Shown piece after piece: positions 54,372 to 64,000 of a stretch of 64,000 bases of DNA (positions are counted from its first letter, which is position 1; the number at the start of each line of letters is the position of its first letter). Made by a program: the position numbers and the translations under genes. The notes under the pieces are model-generated. The model saw only the letters and a program-made list of their open reading frames with translations, was not told the origin of the DNA and did not search any database. The stretch is from NCBI GenBank assembly GCA_964016885.1, contig OZ024760.1:34596001-34660000 (forward strand). The letters are read 5' to 3'. Source of the DNA: Eledone cirrhosa. Taxonomy: Eukaryota.

Positions 54372-54453
54372 ACTTCCCTGATGACGAAAGGCTTCTCTGT
54401 ACGTTTCTTCGGAAACTATGTTTATTCCCTTTCAGAAACTAATTAGTTGGAGT
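54372..54453 (+). ncRNA. Hammerhead-like ribozyme with extended stem II
   Basis: acttcc-CTGATGA-cgaaagg...(gtttcTTCGgaaac hairpin)...cctttca-GAAA-ctaattag-TT-ggagt. Palindromic stem III and GUU triplet; stem II closes with a C-A mismatch and stem I is short and bulged. Confidence 0.5.
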
Positions 54454-54497
54454 GAAATTTTAGTAAGTTAATTTTTATAATTTTCTTATTTTACGTC

Positions 54498-54540
<43 letters not shown>

Positions 54541-54555
54541 TGTGTGTGTGTGTGT

Positions 54556-56690
54556 GGCTGGAGCAGACCTATAGGCAGGAGGAGAGTAACGTGGTGGTGG
54601 AACAGTAAGGTGGAGGAATCAATCAAGGCCAAAATGCAGGCTTGGAAAGTATGGGGGAAGTAGAGAACACTATCAAGTGGCCAGGAGGGAAGCTAGGAGA
54701 CAAGTGTACTTTGCAAGAAGGGAAGCAGAGGAAAGAAAGTTCAAGCATGTTCTACAACACGAGGACCAAAAACGTGAGGTGTTCGAGATTGCTAGGCAAT
54801 GCGTCAAGGAAAACTGATATTGTCGGGGAGAAGTGTGTCCGTAATGATGATGGTCTACTTGCCATCACTGACACTGATAAGAAGGTAGCTTGGAAGTGTC
54901 ACTACAAGAGACTACTAAATGAGGAGAATAAATGGGAAAAAGATAGTCTGCCCCAAATTGATTCAACAGAGGGACCAGCGGTGCAAGTTAAAGGTAGTAT
55001 AATAAGTAAGGCAATCAAAGATATGAAGACAGGCAAGGCAGCTGGGCCTTCAGAGATAGTTGCTGAGATGTTGAAGGCATCTGGTAAGGTGGGACGCACT
55101 ATGGTCACCCGTATAGTTAACCAAGTAATACAAGATGGGGTCATACCGAAAGACTGACGTAGCAGCATCATCATTAACTGCTACAAGGTTAAAGGAGATG
55201 CCCTAGATAGGGGAAACTATAGTGGCATTAAATTAATTGACCAGGTCATGAAGGTCACAGAAAGAGTTATAGCACAACTAATCAGAGAGCGAATTGATCT
55301 AGATGAAATGCAGTTTGGGTTTGTGTCAGGTAAAAGTACCACAAACGCTCTTTTTCTTGTACGACAACTACAGGAGAAGTACCTAGCTAAAAGTGAGCCC
55401 CTATACTTAGCTTTTGTTGACTAGGAGAAAGCCTTTGACAGAGTTCCCCACTCCATTATCTGGTGGGCTCTTAAAAACCTAGGTGTTGATGAATGGCTTG
55501 TGAGAGCTATACATGCCATGTATAAAGAAACAGTCAGCAAGGTTAGAATTAACAACGAATATAGTGAAGAATTTAGCATAAAAGTTGGTGTTCCTCAGGA
55601 ATTTGTCCTTATCCCCCTCCTATTTATTATTGCCCTTCAGGCTATAACAGAGGAGTTCAAGACCGGCTGCCCATGGGAACCTCTATATGCAGATGATCTA
55701 ATGCTCATAGCTGAATTGAGGGCTGTACTAAATTCTAAACATGGAAGCATGGCTTAGAATCAAAAGGCCTTAAAGTTAACTTGTCTAAAACTAAAGTTCT
55801 AGTATGTAGGAAGGAAAATAGGGCACAGGTCCCCTCTGGGAAATGGCCATGCTCAGTGTGTAGGAAAGGAGTAGGCAGAAATTCCATTTTATGTCCCAAA
55901 TGCAAAGTATGGGTGCATAAAAGATGTAGTGGGATCATAGGTAAGCTATCTAAGAACGTAGATTTTATATGTGGCCGGTGCTCAGGTGCAATAAGTAGCA
56001 AGTGCTCACAGGATACTAGCTCCTTCTATTGCCCAGATGGTTCTATCGAAATAGTAGACACCTTCCGTTACCTGTGCGACAAAATCGGCAGTAGTGGAGG
56101 GTGCTCTGAAAGTACAGTAGCCAGAGTCTGAATGGCATGGAAAAGGTTCAGAGAGTTTATACCACTGTTGGCCGCTAAAGGTTTCTCTCTAAAAATGAAA
56201 GGCAGACTGTATGATGGCTGCATACAAACAGCAATGTTACATGGCAGTGAGACCTGGGCATTGTGTGCAGAGGATCTGCGCAGACTGGAGAGGAACGAAG
56301 CATGCATGCTCTGTAGGATGTGTAATAGTAATATACGTGAACAGCAAAGCATAAATGAATTAAGTGAGAAATTAGGAATAAGAGGGATCAGATGCTGATT
56401 ATTTGAGAGAGGACTACGTTGGTATGGTCATGTGATGCACATGAAAGACGACAGCTGTATAAAAAAAGTGTGGGGCGATCAAAATTGATGGTAGTTACTG
56501 AGTAGGTGGACCCAGAAAAACCTGGGACGATTTGATAAATTCCAACCTCACGCACTTACACCTCTCTAAGACAATGTCACTGGACCAAGATCTTTGGCGC
56601 CATGCAGTAACACAGAAGACCCGCCTTGCCTAAGTACAAAGCGAAACCTACAGTCAGTAGGTACCTCTTAACCAAATATACACCCCCATA
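54556..56690 (+). pseudogene. RTE-clade LINE, 5'-truncated, disrupted reverse transcriptase with PHD-type finger
   Basis: KAAGPSEI, NYSGIKL, QFGF, LAFVD*EKAFDRVP, GVPQ, LYADD, KVNLSKTK, CxxC..CxxC..HxxC..CxxC, FRYL, LHGSETW and LRWYGHV motifs with multiple stops and frameshifts. Confidence 0.92.
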
Positions 56691-56693
56691 CAC

Positions 56694-56862
56694 TCCAGGG
56701 GAAAGCTGATTGAATCGACCCTCAGTACATTACTGGTACTTTATTAACCCTGTAAGGATGAAAGGCAAAGTTAACCTCGGCAGGATTTGAACTCAGAATG
56801 GGAAGGGTCGTAACTCAATGCGTCAAAGCATGGCGTCTGACCCTCTACCGTTACTGCCAAAT
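56694..56862 (-). mobile_element. SINE copy
   Basis: Same family motifs in reverse (ctggtactttatt...ggatgaaaggcaaagtt...gatttgaactcagaa...ctgccaa). Confidence 0.7.
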
Positions 56863-56944
56863 AATAATAATGGTTTAGATCAATATCCAGTGATTTCAAT
56901 CTCGTTTCTTACGATTTGCAATATATGGTATATATACCAGATAT

Positions 56945-57060
56945 ATAGGAGTAAGTAAGACCCCGACGGCTGAGCTCAAGCCGTTTCGACGGCTAATTCT
57001 GTACTGAATTAGCCGTCGAAACGGCTTGAGCTCAGCCGTCGGGGTCTTACTTACTCCTAT
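56945..57060. repeat. Perfect 55-bp-stem hairpin (loop tgtact) containing the 3' two-thirds of a hammerhead
   Basis: 56945-56999 is the exact reverse complement of 57006-57060. Confidence 0.95.
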
Positions 57061-57222
57061 TACCCACTCTACTACCCTAAGTATTGAGTACTTTGGTGCG
57101 TTATGGTCCACCTGGTTCCTTACTACTTTTCCCTCGCTACCATATATATATATATATATATACCATATATGTGTGTGTTATATATACCAGATATATGTTA
57201 TATATACCAGATATATGTTATA

Positions 57223-59012
57223 CTAGCAGAAGTACCCGGCGTTGCCCGGGTGTAAGTCGACCTTTGCTCTGTTGTTAAAATGTGTGAAAGTTACTTCCCG
57301 CGCATCACAGGTGCAACGTTGTTGGGGTTCACGCTGTTGTTGGTGGTGTTATTGTCTACACCAAAGGAGGTCGTCATGAAACAGGAGTTGTATTTCCACA
57401 TATTACGGTGGAACGTTGTAGCCGTAGTGTCGTAACCTGTAAGTAGATTCAGAAGAATGTCTGGTGGGTCAGCTAATGCCTCTAGTTGCACCTTACCTCC
57501 TGCACAGCACATAGAAGGCGCCTTGCCTGGCCACTTCATTGCCTTGCAGGATGTACAGACATTATCCAGTTTGCCAATGGAAACTGTAATCCTCAGAGGG
57601 GTTATATCTGAAGGCTGCTTTTACTCAGCCTGAGCTCTTGGCAGCAGTAGCTAATGTATGCCGGGAACGCTTAGCAGCAAGCCTGTTGTCTCTGTCTGTC
57701 GTGGACTTCTCAGCAAGCGCTTGTTGACGACGAAGGCGAACACCAGCAAGCCTCGTCTGATGGGATATTGGTGACCCCTCCGCCAGTGCTTGTTGGCGAC
57801 GAAGGCGAACACCAGCAAGCCTCGTCATACGGGATGTTGGTGACTCCTCCGCAAGCGCTTGTTGGCAACGAAGGCGAACATCAGCAAGCCTTGTCGTATG
57901 GGATGTTGGTGACTCAACCAGCCAGGAAAGACGTCTATCACCAAGTCGTGATTCGCGCTCAGCAGGTGTTTCCTAGAGAAAGTTAATTAATGCTACTGGT
58001 TAGCTAAGCCAAAGGCACTGTGCCAATAATAAATGAGAAAAGTGTAATATGAACAAAAGGGAATCAAGGTAAGACGATAAATTTAATATAACTACGATTA
58101 GAATGTTGTAGTTGCTTAAAAGTGGTGACAGTTAGGATAAACGCAGTGCTTGCTAACATTAAGGGAGAATATTGCATAAAGGATTAACCAATTGTGAATA
58201 AACGCATACCTGAGAACGCCTAATTCGTCGTCTCAAAGCAGTAGGTGTATCTTTTTTGGAGGTAAGTCTTGAACGTTTCTGTGTGGTCATAACGACGTGT
58301 AACGAAGCTGTTAGGTTAGAGAGGGGTGATTAAGTACAGAGAGAGGTGACACCAGATTCGCTAGCATGGTTACTGGTGAATGGGAAGGTTTGGAAATATG
58401 ATTATAATAACTTACCGAATTTTCCGGCCTATAAAGTGCACTTAAAGTACCTACATTTCATTAAAAAACAGCTCTGCGCTTTATACTCCGGTGAGCCTTA
58501 TGTAAAAATAATACAATGGTAATCAATCACGGCTCTAACAGAAGTAATAGATCTAGACTAAAAGTAAAGAAGATAGCATTTTCCTGGTTGGCCTTACACG
58601 GACCTGATTTTAAATGATACGCCTTATACCCCGGTGAGCCTTATAGAGCGGAAAATACGGTATCTATTGGAAAAGAATACAAATTCATGACCAAGGTGTG
58701 ACAAAATTGGCGTCTATACAGTGCCTGAAACAAACTTGTCCAAAACACTGGGATCTTTCTCGATTATCGATTTTTCCAGAATACACACTTGCATCGCGTT
58801 TCATCAAAATCGGACGATTTTTGAAAATATCGATTTTTGGCTACTGGGGGCCCGATTATCGAGTTTTCGAAAATTTCAAGTAGCCTATTCCAATCTATGG
58901 GTCCAGTTTTATACATGTCTCAAGTTTCATGAAAATCGGATGAACGGTGTAGCCTGCAAGTTCGGGACACCAAACAAACAAACAACGCCCAACTTCACTT
59001 TATATATATAGA
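57223..59012 (-). mobile_element. Non-autonomous Helitron (1.79 kb) with both termini
   Basis: On the minus strand it starts A|TCTATATATATAAAG at 59012 and ends with the cccgggcaacgccggg hairpin plus CTAG|T at 57223. Internal RepHel N-terminal remnant (KWPGK.PSMCCAGGKV.L...PP...YNSCF.TSFG) and 63-bp repeats encoding TRLAGVRLRRQQALAE. Confidence 0.9.
58415..58660. mobile_element. Tc1/mariner-pogo-type MITE nested in the Helitron
   Basis: TIRs ccgaattttccggcctataaagtgcac / ccgtattttccgctctataaggctcac (reverse complement), flanked by TA on both sides. Confidence 0.8.
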
Positions 59013-59092
59013 TATACCAGATATATGTTATATATATCAGATATATGTTATATATATCATATATATGTTATATATAACATATATATCATATA

Positions 59093-59929
59093 CAGGGTGC
59101 GAACGATATTTGTTCGCAAGATTACTGTCTAGGAAAAAATAACACAGTAGTTTTATTTTTTAAGATTTATTTATCAAACCCGCCATTGGCTTTGATGACG
59201 GCCTCAAGGCGGCCTCCGAACCAGCTACAGGCCTTCGTCACTGTCCCCTGACTTAGGCCCCTAAAGGCACTTGTGATCCTGGCCTTCACATCGTCTTTCG
59301 TATTGCAGCTAGATCTGTTGGTGTCTCGTTCCACTGCGCCCCACACAAAGAAGTCAAGGGGGTTGCAGTCAGGCGAGCTGGGAGGCCAGATGTCAGGTGA
59401 AGTGTGGTCGTCGAAGCTCTCTGACAGTCAAGCTTAGGTCTTTCGGCTGGTATGGCAGGGCGCTGAGTCTTGCTGCCACACGTACGGCCAACCTGCAACT
59501 ACCTGGTCGATCCAGGGCCTTGCTACCTCGCTCAGAACGCGGATGTAGCCATCGGTGTTCAGCTTGAAGCCCTCAGGGAAGAAGTGAGGTGGCATGACTG
59601 CATCTTGACTGCTGACGACACCTAAAACCAATGTTGTCGGTGGAAATTTTGCATGACTCGGGCACGTCTTTGGATGAGACAGCGAGCCACCTGTTGTTCT
59701 GGGAGTTGATCTTCTGGCCTTATTTGTCCTCCCGGCGCTGATTCCAAGAAGAACTCCGTGTCTCTTCCACAAATTTGGAGGTTCAAAATTATTCATAATC
59801 AATTATTCTGAAAATAAATAATGGAAATATAGTCACTGTTTTTATGAAGACAAGAGTGACAACGGAAGTAAAAAAAATTTGCATAAAATTAACAGTTGAA
59901 AATTGCGAACAAATATCGTCCGCACCCTG
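59093..59929 (-). mobile_element. Internally deleted DD37D (maT-family) Tc1/mariner transposon
   Basis: 27-bp TIRs cagggtgcg(a/g)acgatatttgttcgcaa with TA TSD. Transposase remnant QQDSAPCH...WPPSSPDCNPLDFFVWG has 37 codons between the last two Asp, two of them stops. Confidence 0.9.
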
Positions 59930-59965
59930 TATATGTTATATATACCAGATATATGTTATATATGT

Positions 59966-62172
59966 TATCATCATCATCATTTTACGTCCGCTTTTCCCTG
60001 CTTGCAAGGGTGGGACGGGTCTTATTCAGCGCAGCATCTCTCCACTTGTCACGGTCCTTTGTCATCTCCACCGTCAGCTTCAGCGATCTGAGGTCTGTTC
60101 TCACCACCTCCACCCATGTTTTTCGTGGTCTACCTCTACCACGTCTTCCTTCAACTGGCATTTCCTGGCACTTCTTCACCCATCGGTCATCCTCCATGCG
60201 CATCACATGTCCATACCACCTCAGTCTCGTCTCAGTCTCCTCTCTCGCAACACTACATTCTATCCCTCTCAGAAACAGTTACTCTCTCAACACATCCATG
60301 CTGGGTCTTTCACGTACATTTACACTGCACATCCAACGGAGCATGCTTGCCTCATCTCTCTCCAGCCGTCGCATATCCTCTGCAGTTGCTGCCCATGTCT
60401 CGCTACCATGCAGCATTGCGCTCCTAACACAGGCATCATATAACCGGCCTTGCGTACGCAGGGAGAAACCCTTCTTCGTCAGCAGTCAGCAGAGGAAGCA
60501 GCTCCCTAAACTTCTTCCAACCGTCCTTATTCTATATACTATGGCCTCGGAACACCCCCCTCTGATGCTAATCTGATCGCCTAGGTACCGGACGCTATCC
60601 ACCACTTCTATAGCACCCGCGTGCATTTGAAAAATGTGTCTATCAATAGGACTTCTACTGTCTAGTTTCCCTGTACATCTACTGCATATGTATTTCTCCC
60701 TACCTGTTAGTTTGGCTGCTATCCCCCTACATCTCTTGTGTACCCAGGATCTGCATTGTGTGCATTTTATAGAATTTATGCTAGTTCCTTTTCTGCATAT
60801 CTAACATGACCATTTCCCTGACGGAATCAGTTTTGTCCCCTTTTCTACGCATCAACACTTTTGTCTTAGCTAGGTTCACTCTCAGTCCTCTTGCTTCCAA
60901 CTGCTGTTTCCATAGCCAGAATTTATTCTCTAGCTCCTCTACTGATTCTGCTATAAGAATCAGATTGTCAGCATAGAGAAGTTCCCATGGACAGCTACTC
61001 TTAAACTCCTCTGTTATGGCTTGGAGGACTATAATGAACAAGAGCGGGCTGAGGACCGAACCTTGATGTACTCCTACTTGTATCTGGAATTCCTCACTAA
61101 ACTCCATTCCTAACCTGACTTTACTGACAGTACCTCTGTACAAAGTTTGCACTGTCCTCACAAGCCATTCCTCAATGCCTAGTTTCCTTAGGGACCACCA
61201 GATGACATATCGGGGTACCCTATCAAAGGCCTTCTCTAGGTCAACAAAGGCTAAGTATAGTGGCTTATTCTTCTCTAAGAACCTCTCTTGTAATGGTCTC
61301 ACCAAGAAGAGGGCATCTGTTGTACTTTTCCCAGGCACAAAACCAAACTGCATCTAATCTAGTTTGACCCTTTCTCTAATTAGTTGTGCTAATATCCTTT
61401 CTGCCACTTTCATAACCTGATCCATCAGTTGTATACCCCTATAATTGCTCCTCTCCAGAGCATCCCCTTTAACTTTGTAGCAATTTATGAGAATACTGCT
61501 GCACCAGACTTTGGGTATGACACCACCATATATAGCCTGATTGATGATGCGTGAACCAGTTTAGTGCCTACGGTCCCTGATGCCTTCAACATCTCAGCAA
61601 CTATCCCCGATAGTCCAGCAGCCTTACCATTTTTCATTTCCTTAATCGCCTCTTGGACCCTATATTCATCAATCTCAATAGCTGGTCCCTCTGTCGGATC
61701 TACTGAGGGTAATTTCTCTCTCTCCCATTCGTTCTCCACATTCATCAGTCTCTCATAATGACATTTCCAGGCCTCCTTTTTCAGATCATTCGTGACACTT
61801 TTATCTCCAAAAACATCCTGATTTGCATTGACATACTGCCTTGCAATGTGGAACACAGCACGCCTCTGATCTTCTCGTCGCAGAACATTGGCAAACCCCC
61901 TACTCTCAGCCTCCCTGCATGCTAAGTACACCTGACGCCTAGCTTCTCTCTTAGCGGCTGTATATCCTTCTCTACTCCCACCCTTTTTCCAAGACTTCCA
62001 TGCTAGTCTTTTGTCTCTAATGGCCCTATCTACTGTGTTGTTCAACCACCAGGTCACTCTCTGTCTGGTTGGAGCTCTGCTCAAGCCACAAATTTCATCA
62101 GTAGCATGCAGTAAGTTGTCATGCAAGAAATTCCAGTTATTATCTATGCCATACGATTCTAAAACGTCTCTA
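59966..62172 (-). pseudogene. RTE-clade LINE (second subfamily), 5'-truncated
   Basis: QFGF, LAFVDLEKAFDRVP, GVHQGSVLSP, LYADN and GRRGRGRPRKTW motifs; (GAT)n tail at 59967-59980; stops and frameshifts. Confidence 0.92.
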
Positions 62173-62185
62173 AGGTATATATATA

Positions 62186-64000
62186 TCATCATCATCGTTT
62201 AACGTCCATCTTCCATGCTAGCATGGGTTAGACGGGAGTTGTGCCACTTGAGGCAAGGTTGGTCGGGTAACCGTGTCTCGTTCATATAGGACTATTTGGC
62301 AGGCTTTCTACTGCTGCATGCCCTTTTTAACACCAACCACATTTACAGAGTGGAACTGGTAACTTTTTACCGTGTTACATACACGGCCACATTACAGTGT
62401 GGACTGTGTGTTTTTTTTGTCATGACACCTACACGATCTCGATCTCATTATCTCATTTATTTGGACTGGATGTTGTGGTACCAATTTACAGAGAGAGGTT
62501 GGTGGGAGTGGGAGGATAGGGTAGGGGTAGTGGATTGGGGTGTATATTTGGTTAGGAGGTGCCTACTGACTGTAGGTTTCGCTTTGTACATAGGCAAGGC
62601 GGGTCTTCTGTATTACTGCGTAGCGCCAAAGATCTCAGTCCAGTGACATTGTGTTAGAGAGCTGCAAGTGTGTAAGGTCGGAATTTATCAGATCGTCCCA
62701 GGTTTTTCATACCAACGTAGTCTTCTTTCAAATAAACAGCATCTCATCCCTCTTATTCCTAATTTCTCACTTAGTTCATTTATGCTTTGCCGTTCACGTA
62801 TATTACTATTACACATCCAACAGAGCATGCATGCTTCATTCCTTTCCAGTCTGCGCACGTCCTCTGCACGTAATGCCCATGTCTCACTGCCATGTAGCAA
62901 TGCTGTTCGTATACAGGCATCATACAATCTGCCTTTCATTTTCAGAGAGAAACCTTTTGTGGCCAACAGCAGTATAAGCTCTCTGAACTTTTTCCATCCC
63001 GTTCTGACTTTGGCTACCGTACTTTCAGAACACCCTCCACCACTGCTTATTTCGTCACCCAGGTAACGGAAAGTGTCTACTATTTCTATAGAACCATCTG
63101 GGCAATAGAAGGAGCTAGTATCCTGTGGACACTTGCTGCTACTTATTGCACCTGAGCACCGTCCACATATAATATCTATGTTCTTGGATAGCTTACCTGT
63201 GATCCCACTACATCTTTTATGCACCCATACTTTGCATTTGGGACATAAAATGGAATTTCTGTCTACTCCTTTCCTACACACTGAGCATGGCCATTTCCCT
63301 GAGGGCACCTGTGCCCTATTTTCCTTTCTACAAACTAGAACTTTAGTCTTAGACAAGTTAACTTTAAGGCCTTTTGATTCTAGGCCATGTTTCCATGTTT
63401 CAAATTTCTTCTCTAGTTCAGCTATGAGCGTTAGATCATCTGCGTATAGGAGTTCCCATGGGCAGCCGGTCTTGAACTCCTCTGTTATAGCCTGAAGAGC
63501 AATAATAAATAAGAGGGGGCTAAGGACAGAGCCTTGATGAACGCCAACTTTTACACTAAATTCTTCACAATATTCATTGTTAATTCTAACCTTACTGACT
63601 GTTTCGTTATACATAGCTTGTATAGCTCTCACAAGCCATTTCATCTACACCTAGTTTTCTAAGAGTACACCAGATAATGGAGCGGGGGGACTCTGTGAAA
63701 AGCTTTCTCCAGATCTACAAAAGCTAAGTAGAGGGGTTCACTTTTAGCTAGGTACTTCTCTTGTAGTTGTCGTACAAGGAGAAGAGCGTCTGTGGTACTT
63801 TTACCTGACACAAACCCAAACTGCATTTCATCTAGATCAATTCGCTCTCTGATTAGTTGCGCTATAACTCTTTCTGTGACCTTCATGACCTGGTCAACTA
63901 ACTTAATGCCTCTCTATAGTTTCCCCTATCTAGAGCATCCCCTTTACCCTTGTAGCAGTTAATGATGATGCTGCTACGCCAGTCTTTCGGTATGACCCCA
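62186..64000 (-). pseudogene. RTE-clade LINE closely related to 54556-56690, runs off window end
   Basis: 318-aa ORF 62688-63644 with GVHQGSVLSP, YADD, PHD-type finger and FRYLG. The 3' UTR matches 56600-56690 in reverse; probable (GAT)n tail at ~62186-62196. Confidence 0.92.

Larger units (their letters stand above)
53624..54503. mobile_element. PLE-like pLTR remnant: direct repeat (~53624-53735 / 54153-54267) plus ~240-bp inverted repeat (53740-53981 / 54266-54503)
   Basis: Direct sequence comparison; flanked by (TA)n; the inverted arms contain a hammerhead-like motif. Confidence 0.55.

Noticed and set aside
59844-63495. Plus-strand ORFs of 100-226 aa
   Set aside because: Antisense shadows of the minus-strand LINE ORFs.

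Overview
Eukaryotic, AT-rich, repeat-dominated animal DNA. The SINE family, long (TA)n tracts and RTE LINEs are most consistent with an octopus-like cephalopod (inference). No prokaryotic genes, CRISPR arrays, rRNA or tRNA are present. About 41 kb (1.8-42.8 kb) is one head-to-tail 55-bp satellite (about 750 units, with 51-bp and other variants and kb-scale internal duplications), and all ORFs there and in the (TA)n tracts are artefacts. Candidate + strand exons on both sides (1132-1222, 42927-43028, 43898-43936, 44075-44134, 44368-44388, 44538-44558) are splice-phase compatible. This suggests the satellite fills a ~41.7-kb intron of an unidentified gene with a run of symmetric phase-2 small and micro-exons. 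The right third is a nest of mobile elements: Helitrons, a DD37D (maT) transposon, MITEs, three RTE LINE pseudogenes with a PHD-type finger inside the RT region, SINEs, and several long fold-backs. Two fold-backs carry recognisable minimal hammerhead ribozymes (Penelope-like pLTR remnants), and a third carries the 3' two-thirds of one.
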